Assembly (NCBI GenBank): GCA_963665295.1
Contig: OY762209.1
Location: forward strand, 1,184,001 to 1,248,000
Length of the DNA: 64,000 nucleotides
Direction of reading: 5' to 3'
Origin: Syntrophorhabdaceae bacterium
GTDB lineage: Bacteria; Desulfobacterota; Syntrophorhabdia; Syntrophorhabdales; Syntrophorhabdaceae
The notes below the pieces were generated by a model. It was given only the letters and a program-made list of their open reading frames with translations. It did not search any database and had not been told where the DNA came from. The position numbers were made by a program, and so were the translations under genes. Of the stretch, positions 28,591 to 39,337 are shown one piece after another (positions within the stretch are counted from its first letter, which is position 1; each line of letters opens with the position of its first letter).

Positions 28591-28852
28591 TGAGTGCAGG
28601 CGCCACATTTTCTATCTCCAAAGAATTGAACTGCAAATCGTGTGCCGGGACCGGGGGAGAGGGTGCGTCCTGTCCCTGGGACCGGGCCGTAGGGCCGGAA
28701 AGGCGGCGCCCCGTTGCGTGCCCGCGTCGCTTGGAGGAAAGGTATCCGACAAATTTGTCTTATATCATGCCGAAAACGACAAAAAAGATGGCCGGTTGCG
28801 TGACAGTGTTTCGTTTATGCCATTATTTCAGTTAGTTTGAAGATACCCCTTC

Positions 28853-28869
28853 CTGGCACGACCCTTGCT
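28853..28869 (+). promoter_or_regulatory. Sigma-54 (-24/-12) promoter
   Basis: CTGGCACGACCCTTGCT matches YTGGCACGRNNNTTGCW; about 97 nt upstream of ATG 28966. Confidence 0.8.
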
Positions 28870-28965
28870 TTGTATTGTATGGGACCCGAAGACCGGGGTA
28901 GCCGACCGGGGCCTGAATCACGCAGGCCGCAAAGAGGTCCCATGCGTCATGCGAAGGAGAGTGTC

Positions 28966-29154
28966 ATGAAAACACTGATTGCGGCAATTGTGGCAGCAAC
29001 GTTGATGGCAGGATGTGCGATCGTCCCCATCGGTTACTACGAGCCCGGCCCGTATTACGGACCTCGGTACTACAGTCCGCCCGCGTACGGGAGCTATCCG
29101 CGCGGCTACTATGGACATGGCTACTACGGACCGAGGTATTATGGACATTATTGA
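28966..29154 (+). CDS. Small Tyr/Gly/Pro-rich lipoprotein
   Basis: AAGGAG RBS; lipobox MAGC; repeated YYGPRYY. Confidence 0.75.
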   Translation: MKTLIAAIVAATLMAGCAIVPIGYYEPGPYYGPRYYSPPAYGSYPRGYYGHGYYGPRYYGHY

Positions 29155-29839
29155 AAGGGGTTTTTACAAAATTAGAAGAAAGGGCGCGGCAGTGGTGTGC
29201 GTGGTCGCCCTTGTTTCAATATTTGTCTTCTCCGGCACGGCCATGGCTTTCAATAAGGGGAACCTGAGCCGCTTGAACGCGACAGGCAAATGTCCGGACT
29301 GCGACCTTACGAACGTGGACCTTTTCGGCGTAAACCTTTCCCGGGCCGACCTTATCAAGGCCAACCTCTCCGGCGCGAACCTTTCGGGGGTAAACCTTTC
29401 CCGGGCAGGGCTTTCCCGGGCGGAACTGACGGGGGTGAACCTCGTGGGTGCGAACCTTGCGGGGGTGGACCTTTCGGGCGCGAACCTTTCCGAGGCAAAC
29501 CTCATTAACGCGGTCCTTTCCGGGGGAAACCTTTCCGATGCGCACCTTGTCAACGCGGACCTTTTCGGCGCGAACATGGCGGGGGCAAACCTCACCCAGG
29601 CGAACCTTACGAGTGCGGTCCTTTCCGGCTCGAACCTTTACAGGGCGAATCTCGCAGGGGTAAACTTCACCGGGGCGGACCTCTATGGCGCGAACCTCAC
29701 CAGCGCGAACATGACGGGGGTGAACCTTTTCCAGGCAAACCTGCGGGGCACCGATCTCACCAATGTGAATCTCTCGGGCGTCACGTGGACGGACGGGAGT
29801 GTATGCAAGCCCGGTTCGAAGGGAAAGTGCAGGAAGTAA
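29141..29839 (+). CDS. Secreted pentapeptide-repeat protein (start uncertain)
   Basis: Signal peptide ending AMA; CPDCDL; tandem A(N/D)LxG repeats. Confidence 0.85.
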   Translation: MDIIERGFYKIRRKGAAVVCVVALVSIFVFSGTAMAFNKGNLSRLNATGKCPDCDLTNVDLFGVNLSRADLIKANLSGANLSGVNLSRAGLSRAELTGVNLVGANLAGVDLSGANLSEANLINAVLSGGNLSDAHLVNADLFGANMAGANLTQANLTSAVLSGSNLYRANLAGVNFTGADLYGANLTSANMTGVNLFQANLRGTDLTNVNLSGVTWTDGSVCKPGSKGKCRK

Positions 29840-29893
29840 AAGGGACCGGCTTGCCGCCGGACCGAATGGGGCTCGTTGCCGCCGGGGACGGCT

Positions 29894-30457
29894 TCAATTC
29901 CCGCCTAACTCCCCATGGCGGAAACAGTCCTTCACGTGGTCGTTTACCATTCCTATCGCCTGCATGAAGGCGTAGCAGATCGTGGTTCCCGTGAACTTGA
30001 AGCCCCTTTTCTTGAGGTCCCTGCTCATGGCGTCCGACTCGGGGGTGCGGGAGGGGACTTCGCTCAGCGTTCTCCAGGCGTTTTGGATCGGTTTCCCGCC
30101 GGTGAACCCCCAGATGTAGCGGTCGAAGCTCCCGAATTCCTTTTGTATTTCGAGGAAGGCCCTTGCGTTGGTGACGGCTGCGTTGATCTTGAGTTTGTTC
30201 CGTACAATCCCGGGGTCTGCGAGGAGGCGCCCTATGTCGGCCTCGGAGTAGCAGGAGACCTTGCGGGCGTCAAAATTGTCGAAAGCCTTTCTGTAGTTTT
30301 CCCGTTTCCTCAAGATGGTGGACCAACTCAGGCCCGCCTGGGCTCCTTCCAGAATGAGAAATTCGAAGAGGGTCCGCTCGTCGTGGGTCTCCACGCCCCA
30401 TTCGTTGTCGTGGTAAGCCTGATACTCGCCTTCACCCGCCCATCCGCATCGCGTCAT
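29894..30457 (-). CDS. tag: DNA-3-methyladenine glycosylase I
   Basis: RCGW..YHDNEWG, LEGAQAGLSW, MVNDHVKDC. Confidence 0.93.
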   Translation of the reverse strand: MTRCGWAGEGEYQAYHDNEWGVETHDERTLFEFLILEGAQAGLSWSTILRKRENYRKAFDNFDARKVSCYSEADIGRLLADPGIVRNKLKINAAVTNARAFLEIQKEFGSFDRYIWGFTGGKPIQNAWRTLSEVPSRTPESDAMSRDLKKRGFKFTGTTICYAFMQAIGMVNDHVKDCFRHGELGGN

Positions 30458-30873
30458 CTGTCGTCATCCATCAGGAGCGTCCCGCCCTGTTGCCTTTCGC
30501 CGCCCAGCGAGTTTTGGAGGATGTCCTCCTCTCCCCGTTTCCTTGCGGCCTCGATGGCCTGCATCCGCTCGGCTTCGAGGTTCCTTGCGCCCTGTGGGGA
30601 GTCCCCTTCCCGGCCCTGGAACGCGCCTCTTACGGATTGCCAGGAATCCCTTGCCGTCGCCTTCGCCGCACTGTCCCGGCTCGGGCCGCTGCCCCCTGAC
30701 CCGTCTTCCTTGATTACCCGCTCCTGCGGCCGGTCGCTTCCGCCCCAGTTCCAGAACTTCACTATTTCCTTGATGGTGTTTATGAGGTCTCCCACGGACG
30801 TATCCCCATGGGAGGGCGTTGCAAAGAGGACGAAGGCCATGGCAACGACGAGCAAAAAGGGCCTTATTTTCAT
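30454..30873 (-). CDS. Secreted hypothetical protein
   Basis: Signal-peptide-like N-terminus; ATGA coupling to tag; start uncertain. Confidence 0.6.
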   Translation of the reverse strand: MKIRPFLLVVAMAFVLFATPSHGDTSVGDLINTIKEIVKFWNWGGSDRPQERVIKEDGSGGSGPSRDSAAKATARDSWQSVRGAFQGREGDSPQGARNLEAERMQAIEAARKRGEEDILQNSLGGERQQGGTLLMDDDR

Positions 30874-30993
30874 CTTTTCACTCATACAGACATAAGTATA
30901 CACCTTACCCGCGGGCCTTGTGTACTGTAAAGACGGGGTGAGGAGGGCCGCGGCGCGGTCCTTACGGACGGGAAGGGGTTTACGCGAGCCATT

Positions 30994-31581
30994 CTAGTCT
31001 TCGGGACTGATGCCGAACAGCGGGTGGGGTGATTTCGCGACGGCGTCCCTCATGTCGAGGACATAGGGAGGCCTGATCCAGTCCTTCCATCTCGGGTAGC
31101 CGCCCAGCCAGATGTAGTTCAGGAGATTGTGAAACTGGAGCCTGGTGAAGACGTATTCGCCGATGGCGACAATAATGCCGGAGGCCGGGTCTCTTTCCTC
31201 CCTCACGGTTATGGAGGTAAGGGGCGCGTACTGCGTGATTATGCCCTCGATGATGCCCCGGGTCTTGTATCCCTCGGGGTTTTGCCTGAATGCCTCAGGC
31301 TCCGCGGGAAAGGGGAATATCTTGTAGGTCTCCCCTATGAAACCCTGATAACGGGTGCCTTGTATGGCGCCCATGAGGTCTCCCGCATCCCTTTCGTCAA
31401 GGACATATGCGTCGATGTCCGCCCGGACGGGGCCCTGCTCTCGTGCGGCGAGGTCCGAAACACAGGCCGAGAAATCGCTCGCAAAGAAGAAGTACTGGTT
31501 GAGAAGGACCATATCGGTCTCTATATTGAAGAAACCGAAGACCACTTCTCCGTGGCTCAGGGACTCATAGGCAAGGGGCAT
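30994..31581 (-). CDS. Conserved hypothetical protein
   Basis: GGAGG RBS; 195 aa; FGFFNIETDM and W.GGYPRW look like conserved motifs. Confidence 0.7.
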   Translation of the reverse strand: MPLAYESLSHGEVVFGFFNIETDMVLLNQYFFFASDFSACVSDLAAREQGPVRADIDAYVLDERDAGDLMGAIQGTRYQGFIGETYKIFPFPAEPEAFRQNPEGYKTRGIIEGIITQYAPLTSITVREERDPASGIIVAIGEYVFTRLQFHNLLNYIWLGGYPRWKDWIRPPYVLDMRDAVAKSPHPLFGISPED

Positions 31582-31598
31582 AAAACCTCCGTGGGAGC

Positions 31599-31626
31599 AA
31601 AAAAATTGGGGGGCAAAAGCCCCCCA
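31599..31626 (-). terminator. Rho-independent terminator after groEL
   Basis: Minus strand TGGGGGGC-TTTT-GCCCCCCA followed by a T7 tract. Confidence 0.85.
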
Positions 31627-31644
31627 TAGTTTGTTTCTTTCTTC

Positions 31645-33596
<1,952 letters not shown>

Positions 33597-33626
33597 CGTA
33601 TCACGCTCCTTCCAGAATTTTGTTTG

Positions 33627-33653
33627 TTGGCAATAAGCCGAATTGATTGCTAA
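33627..33653 (-). promoter_or_regulatory. CIRCE-like operator (HrcA)
   Basis: Minus strand TTAGCAATC-N9-TATTGCCAA vs TTAGCACTC-N9-GAGTGCTAA (8/9 and 6/9 matches), just downstream of the -10. Confidence 0.7.
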
Positions 33654-33657
33654 TGAT

Positions 33658-33687
33658 AGTATAGTGATTGGAACAGGTTTTTGTCAA
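33658..33687 (-). promoter_or_regulatory. Sigma-70 promoter of groESL
   Basis: TTGACA-N18-TATACT. Confidence 0.75.
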
Positions 33688-33698
33688 GTCCCAAGGGA

Positions 33699-34478
33699 CT
33701 AAATTTTCATGAGCAGGTTGACGCCCTCTTTGTACCAGCGGGAGAATTGTTTGTTTTCGATCATATTCGCCTCCCGGTCGTTCCGGATGGAAGCGAAGAT
33801 CTCGTCCTTGTCTATCTCGATGTTGTACTCCGTTTCGGCCTGGGCGGCAAGCCGGTCCAGCATGGCGGAAAGGGCTTTATCGAGGTCGCCGCCACAGAGC
33901 CAGAGGCCCCACCACTCGGCGAATATGTTCCGTATGGCCTTCGGCTGCCTGTCGTAATAGCTCGCGAGGCAGGGGACCCAGGTTTTGAGGCATGTCCGTG
34001 ATTCGTCGAATATCTCCTCTACCCTGGGGTAGCGCTCCATAATGTCCATCTCGATCCTGATCTTCTGTATAAATCCCTGTATGATGCTCTCGGGACCGTG
34101 CTTCTTCACGTAGACCTTGTCCTTGAGGCTGTTCCATACCTCGATTACAGGGTAGATCTCCATGTTTTCCTTCGAGTAGTTGACGATTTCAAGGTTCCTG
34201 ATCGAGGGTTTCGCCTTGTCGGGGACCCCGTAAAGGAGGAGGCCCAGGAGGTCGGAGACCACGTGCATGAGGAGGGACCTGTTCTTCGGCCTCATGGCAG
34301 GGAACATGTAGCATATGAACTCGTTAAGCTCCAGGGCTTCCACGAGGTGGTCCTTCTTGTATTTCGGGTCGAGGTGTTTTATCGCGTCGATGGCGAGGGT
34401 CACCGTGCACATGGGGACGAGGTCATCCTTGTTCTTGACGAATTCGCACACATCGAGGATATGTCTTCTCGGCAGCAT
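33699..34478 (-). CDS. Hypothetical protein
   Basis: 259-aa ORF, TGATG-coupled to the J-domain gene; no motif recognised. Confidence 0.75.
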   Translation of the reverse strand: MLPRRHILDVCEFVKNKDDLVPMCTVTLAIDAIKHLDPKYKKDHLVEALELNEFICYMFPAMRPKNRSLLMHVVSDLLGLLLYGVPDKAKPSIRNLEIVNYSKENMEIYPVIEVWNSLKDKVYVKKHGPESIIQGFIQKIRIEMDIMERYPRVEEIFDESRTCLKTWVPCLASYYDRQPKAIRNIFAEWWGLWLCGGDLDKALSAMLDRLAAQAETEYNIEIDKDEIFASIRNDREANMIENKQFSRWYKEGVNLLMKI

Positions 34479-35416
34479 CAGAGTCCTTCCTTCCTGAGTT
34501 CATCGACAAGGGTTTTCTGCTTTTCCGTGAGTTTCTTGGGTACGTCGAGGACAACCTGCACATATTGGTCTCCCGGGACCCCTTTGTCAAGGGCGGGGAC
34601 GCCGAGACCTTTCAACCGCACCTTGGCGCTGCTCTTCGTGCCCGCCGGGATCTTGACGCGCTTGTGGCCGTCGATGGACGGGACTTCCACTTCCGCCCCG
34701 AGGAGGGCATCGGTGATCTTTATCTCCTTCGTCACGTAAAGGTCGTTTCCCACCCGTTTGAACACGGGGTGCTCCCCGACTTTCATGGTGATATACAGGT
34801 CGCCCTTCGCGCCCGTGCGGGGGTCGGTATTGCCTTTCCCCTGAAGACGGAGTTTCTTGCCTGTGGAGATGCCCGGGGGTATCTTCACGTTTACCTCTTC
34901 GCTCCCGTAAGGCGTGGTGAAAGCGACGCTCTTCTGGCTCCCCTTGATGGCGTCCATGAAGGGAATTTCCAGTTCATAATGAAGGTCCAGGCCCGCGCCG
35001 CGTCCTTCGGGCTGTTCCCGGGTGATGAAGTCGCGGAAGTCGTAACCCGGCTGCTGCTGCTGTCTCTGCCTGCCGCCGCCCCGGCGCCCGAAGATGTTGT
35101 TGAACATGTCCCCGCCGCCGAAGCCGAGGTCCCTGAAAAGGTCCTCCATCTTGAACCCTTTGAATATGTCCTCTTCGGAATATCTCTGCTGAAAGCCGCC
35201 CATGCCGTACGTATCGTACTGGGTCCTCTTGTCTTTATCGGAGAGGACCGCGTAGGCTTCGCTTATCTCCTTGAATTTTTCTTCAGCGCTCTTATCGCCG
35301 GGATTCTTGTCGGGATGGTACTTCAAGGCAAGCTTTCTGTACGCCTTCTTCAGTTCTTCGCCCGAAACATCCTTCGATACGCCCAGGATCTGATAATAGT
35401 CTTTCTTACCTGCCAT
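34478..35416 (-). CDS. DnaJ-class (CbpA-like, no zinc finger) co-chaperone
   Basis: [16 protein letters not shown]-domain, G/F region, C-terminal domain; no CxxCxGxG repeats. Confidence 0.92.
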   Translation of the reverse strand: MAGKKDYYQILGVSKDVSGEELKKAYRKLALKYHPDKNPGDKSAEEKFKEISEAYAVLSDKDKRTQYDTYGMGGFQQRYSEEDIFKGFKMEDLFRDLGFGGGDMFNNIFGRRGGGRQRQQQQPGYDFRDFITREQPEGRGAGLDLHYELEIPFMDAIKGSQKSVAFTTPYGSEEVNVKIPPGISTGKKLRLQGKGNTDPRTGAKGDLYITMKVGEHPVFKRVGNDLYVTKEIKITDALLGAEVEVPSIDGHKRVKIPAGTKSSAKVRLKGLGVPALDKGVPGDQYVQVVLDVPKKLTEKQKTLVDELRKEGL

Positions 35417-36245
35417 TCTCTTCACCACCTAAGATAGCGATATATGACCCCATGGGGTGACCCGCGGTCTTCGCCACGGCGTCGCACTTTATCTTCATTA
35501 CGTGTATTACGGGACGGTCGGGGCCGAACTCGCTCAGGGTCTCATAATTGCCCATGCCTTTCGCGATTACCACGGAATCCCCTTCCCACAAGTCCTTTAG
35601 CGCGCCTTTGATGTCGGCCTTTCTCAAGCCTACCTCTCCCGTGCCGGTGGAGATGATGTTATCACAGAACGACGCGAGATTAAAGGAGGTAACCTCTTTC
35701 AGGGACAGGTCGTTCTGGACCGGGTGCTCCCGGGCCGCATAAGATACCCGCTTGCCGAGGCCTTCGAGATAACGCATGAGCTTGATGTCGAAAAAGAAGT
35801 CGCCCACATTGTCGCCCAGTATCAGGACCTCTCTTCCTCTAATATAAATCTCCTCGGCGATTTTTTCCACAGATGCGATGAAATGGAAGTGCTCCGGGTC
35901 GAAGGCCGCGTCGTCGAGGAAATAGTCCGTGGAATTTCCCAGGGCGGAAAACCTGAGCGCCCCCTCGAGGGTATCCTCGAAGAGCCCCTTCGTCTCCCGG
36001 ACCGCCTTGCGGGCCTTCACGAACTCCCGTAGTTTCACCGGCTCAAAAGGGTCGTAAGCGCCGGTCAGTTCCTTGATGTATGCAAGGAGACTGTTGGCAA
36101 TGAAGGGCGGTGTGTCTCCTCCTCCGAAGAGTTCGTCGAGGCGGGCGACGGCAGCGGAAAGGGCGTCCCCGTCCCCGAAGGAAAGGGCCACGGTCTTTTC
36201 CACAAGCCCCTTCAGACAGCCATAGCAGTCTTCCGTCACTTTCAT
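35406..36245 (-). CDS. DUF89/ARMT1-like damage-control phosphatase
   Basis: [35 protein letters not shown]. Confidence 0.82.
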   Translation of the reverse strand: MKVTEDCYGCLKGLVEKTVALSFGDGDALSAAVARLDELFGGGDTPPFIANSLLAYIKELTGAYDPFEPVKLREFVKARKAVRETKGLFEDTLEGALRFSALGNSTDYFLDDAAFDPEHFHFIASVEKIAEEIYIRGREVLILGDNVGDFFFDIKLMRYLEGLGKRVSYAAREHPVQNDLSLKEVTSFNLASFCDNIISTGTGEVGLRKADIKGALKDLWEGDSVVIAKGMGNYETLSEFGPDRPVIHVMKIKCDAVAKTAGHPMGSYIAILGGEENGR

Positions 36246-36474
36246 AGTCATTAGAATATACCTAAAATAAAGACCAATGCAACGAAACATTGAAAGAGAC
36301 CCTGGCCATGCCTCGCACGGCGGGCGCGAGGGGCGGCTCCATCGGCTTCCGGTGGAAGGGTCTTCCATGACATTTCCCTTCCGGGAGGAAGGAGGGCGGG
36401 AAAGAGAATTCAGGAGACTCCCGTGCAGATGATAGTTGAAATATTTTCATTTTGTGCCATAATGGGAGGAGACT

Positions 36475-36819
36475 ATGCTCTTACTCCTTAAATGGCTGAT
36501 TATGACCGTGTCCATCATGGCGGCGTGCTATGTGATCCCCGGCGTGGTGGTGAGCGGCTTCTTCGCGGCCATGTGGGTCGCCCTGTTCCTCGGGATCGTG
36601 AACGTGCTCATAAGACCCGTTCTCATACTCGTCACCCTTCCCATCAATATCCTTACCCTGGGTCTGTTCACCTTTGTCATCAACGCCGTCCTCATACTTC
36701 TCGCGTCCTCAGTGATAAAGGGTTTTCAGGTGAACGGCTTCTGGAGCGCCATGTTTTACAGCATCGTGGTGTCCATAGTAAACTACATCCTCGGGCACCT
36801 GCTCGGGACCTCCCGTTAA
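36475..36819 (+). CDS. YvlD/holin-4-family membrane protein
   Basis: IRPVLILVTLPINILTLGLFTFVINA; 4 TM segments. Confidence 0.85.
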   Translation: MLLLLKWLIMTVSIMAACYVIPGVVVSGFFAAMWVALFLGIVNVLIRPVLILVTLPINILTLGLFTFVINAVLILLASSVIKGFQVNGFWSAMFYSIVVSIVNYILGHLLGTSR

Positions 36820-36956
36820 CCTTAACCCCCGATACCTCTCAGCCCTTTGATCGTTCCCGCGTTTCGGGAATAATCGCACGGACCGGAACGCCGGCCTCTC
36901 TCCGCCCCCATCTCAACGGGGAACAGGAAAGGGGCGCGGCAACAACCGGTGCGTGC

Positions 36957-37706
36957 TTATGCGGCGAGGTCGGTGCGGCGCACGATCTCGCCGCGGGCGC
37001 TCACAACGACCACCTCCACGGGTATCTTCGTGCCCGACAGGGCCAGGCCCTCTTTCACGACGAGGGGAAGGCGCGAGCAGCAGGGGACTTCCATGATGAG
37101 GACGGTAACGTCCTTTATTCCTGCGGTGAGAAAGATATCCCTGAACTTCCGGGCGTACTCCTCCGTATCGTCGAACTTGGGGCAGCCGATGAGGACCGTT
37201 TTTCCTCTCAGGAAGTCCCTGTGGAAGTCCGGGCAGGCGACGGGCGCGCAGTCCGCGGCCACGAGCAGACGGGCCCCCTTGAGGAAGGGCGCGGTGGGGG
37301 GCACGAGTCTGATCTGGACGGGCCAATGAGAAAGGGCCGAAGGGGCGGCCTTGCCGGAGTCCTGAAGACCGGCGACGTCCGCGGGGGCGGAGAAGACCTG
37401 CACGTGGGATGAGGGGCAGCCGCAGGGAAGGAACTCCAGCGGGGGCCTGGGCGCCTCTTTTCCGGTCTTCAAATGTTCCTCCACCGCCGCGGCGTCGAAC
37501 ACGTCGGCCTCGCGCTCTACGATGGCGAGGGCCCCTTCGGGACACTCGCCGATGCAGGCGCCCAGTCCGTCGCAGTAAGTCTCCTTCACCACGCGGGCCT
37601 TGCCGCCGGTGATCTCTATGGCGCCCTCGGCGCAGGCCGTTGCGCAGATCCCACAGCCGTTGCATTTTGTCTCGTCGATCTCGATTATCTTCCTTTGTAT
37701 CTTCAT
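36957..37706 (-). CDS. 4Fe-4S ferredoxin-domain protein (FrdX-like)
   Basis: CNGCGICATACAE and CDGLGACIGECP; CGCP; HWPVQ; AADC; GCPK; MEVPCC. Confidence 0.88.
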   Translation of the reverse strand: MKIQRKIIEIDETKCNGCGICATACAEGAIEITGGKARVVKETYCDGLGACIGECPEGALAIVEREADVFDAAAVEEHLKTGKEAPRPPLEFLPCGCPSSHVQVFSAPADVAGLQDSGKAAPSALSHWPVQIRLVPPTAPFLKGARLLVAADCAPVACPDFHRDFLRGKTVLIGCPKFDDTEEYARKFRDIFLTAGIKDVTVLIMEVPCCSRLPLVVKEGLALSGTKIPVEVVVVSARGEIVRRTDLAA

Positions 37707-37774
37707 ATCCGCCTCCAGGCACGCTCACGGCCCCAAAACCTTCGGGCCCATGGTGCGTTTTCTTTTATGATTAC

Positions 37775-37818
37775 ATTATAAGGCAACCCGCGGGCAGGGG
37801 ATATGACTTAAGTCAAAA
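37775..37818 (-). promoter_or_regulatory. Class II Crp/Fnr (HcpR-like) activated promoter
   Basis: Minus strand TTGAC-TTAA-GTCAT (37803-37816) and TATAAT (37775-37780); site centre about -41.5. Confidence 0.72.
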
Positions 37819-37904
37819 GGGCGGGAAAGTTCCCGCAGGGTTGCGGGCCGGGTCGCCGGGACCCGCATGGGAGGCCCTTCGAAATTGTATCCATCCTATT
37901 TGGG

Positions 37905-37934
37905 TTGACAAAGGGAGCTTTCGGGCTTTAATAT
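37905..37934 (+). promoter_or_regulatory. Possible sigma-70 promoter
   Basis: TTGACA-N18-TAATAT upstream of 38082. Confidence 0.5.
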
Positions 37935-38081
37935 AGTGAGAGACGTAATGGAAGTATGCGACTTTACGGTAGTTTTACGAAGTGAATGTGTGTGACAGGG
38001 ACCGGATTTCCGGAAATAAAAGAACACACGAGGGAACCAATAAGCACGAATCAGAGTAAACCGGATAAGGAGGAACACGGG

Positions 38082-38312
38082 ATGGCAGGAAAAATCTTTT
38101 ACAGGGAGCGGGAGAAGGTTACGGAAAGCAAGAAACAGCCGAGGTTTAAACTCATCGCGGTTGCCGACGTCAACCTGAAGGTTTACGGCAAACACCTGAG
38201 GAGAAGCGAGTTGGAGCAGATTGCTGCGGCTGTGGGGGCCGAGCTTATCCTCCTTACTCACGGGGACAAGAAGTACAAAGAAGAAGACGAGGACGTGGAA
38301 GTGAAAGAGTAG
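38082..38312 (+). CDS. Small hypothetical protein with acidic tail
   Basis: AAGGAGG upstream; 76 aa starting MAGKIFYRER. Confidence 0.72.
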   Translation: MAGKIFYREREKVTESKKQPRFKLIAVADVNLKVYGKHLRRSELEQIAAAVGAELILLTHGDKKYKEEDEDVEVKE

Positions 38313-38387
38313 AAGGCCGGTCCGCGGGGCAGGTCCGTTTCCTGAGCAACCGCAGGGGGTACTATAAATTAAGGGTGGTGCAACAAG

Positions 38388-39218
38388 ATGACACTAGTAA
38401 GAGACCGGGATGGCCGGCGTCTGCACATCAAAAGCAGGCTCATGGGCGAGAGCCTTGTGAGTAAATCGTTTATCGACGGATTGGCCGTGGCGCCCCAGAA
38501 GAGGCTTTTCCCTGATGTGAACATATTGAAAATAGGGGGCCAGTCGATATGCGACCGGGGCGCGAAAGCCCTTCCCGCTGTTATCAATGAGATTGCGGCA
38601 AACAAGCAGGACCATAAGATGCTCATAACCACGGGCGGGGGCACGAGAAGCCGCCATATTTACGCCATAGGCCTCGAACTCGGCATGCCCACGGGCATTC
38701 TCGCGAAATTCGGGAACTCCATATCCGAGCAGAACGCCCTCCTTGTCACCATGCTCCTCGCGCAGCACGGCGGGATCAAGATCGGGCACGACGAGATCGT
38801 GAAGCTCACGAGTTATTTCGTGCAGGGCTGCATTCCCGTCATGCACGGTATGCCGCCCTATGATTATTTCGCCATCCCTCCGGGGAAGGGCAGGATACCC
38901 TTGCACCGCACGGACGTGGGCACCATCATCCTTGCCGACCTGATCGGCGTGAAGAACTGCATCTTTGTGAAAGACGAGCGGGGCCTCTTTACGGGCGACC
39001 CGAAGAAGAGCCCCGACGAGACATTTATCCCGGAAATAGGCGCGAAAACCCTCATGGAGAAGGACCAGGACGACCTGATCATCGAGCGGCCCTGCCTGGA
39101 GATCCTCCAGAATAGCGAGGTCCTTGAACGGATCACCATCATCAACGGCCTGGAAGAGGGAAATATCACCCGCGCCCTGAACGGCGAGACGGTAGGGACG
39201 GTCATTTTCAAGGAGTGA
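38388..39218 (+). CDS. Amino-acid-kinase/uridylate-kinase family protein, molybdenum storage protein (MosB)-like
   Basis: LKIGGQS..DRG, GGGTRSRH, GMPPY, IP.HRTD, FVKDE.GL...DPK. Confidence 0.78.
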   Translation: MTLVRDRDGRRLHIKSRLMGESLVSKSFIDGLAVAPQKRLFPDVNILKIGGQSICDRGAKALPAVINEIAANKQDHKMLITTGGGTRSRHIYAIGLELGMPTGILAKFGNSISEQNALLVTMLLAQHGGIKIGHDEIVKLTSYFVQGCIPVMHGMPPYDYFAIPPGKGRIPLHRTDVGTIILADLIGVKNCIFVKDERGLFTGDPKKSPDETFIPEIGAKTLMEKDQDDLIIERPCLEILQNSEVLERITIINGLEEGNITRALNGETVGTVIFKE

Positions 39219-39337
39219 CCCTTCAGCCCGCGAACTTCTTTTCAAAAGGGCGTTCCTTCCCGATGGAAGGGGAATCGCAGGCGTGAGGCCCAAAGGCAAG
39301 GGGATGGTTGTGTGCAGGCAGGCGAACCAGCGACGCC

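Noticed and set aside
36475..36819. 'Phage holin' as evidence of a prophage
   Set aside because: YvlD-type membrane proteins are common chromosomal genes and no other phage genes are nearby.
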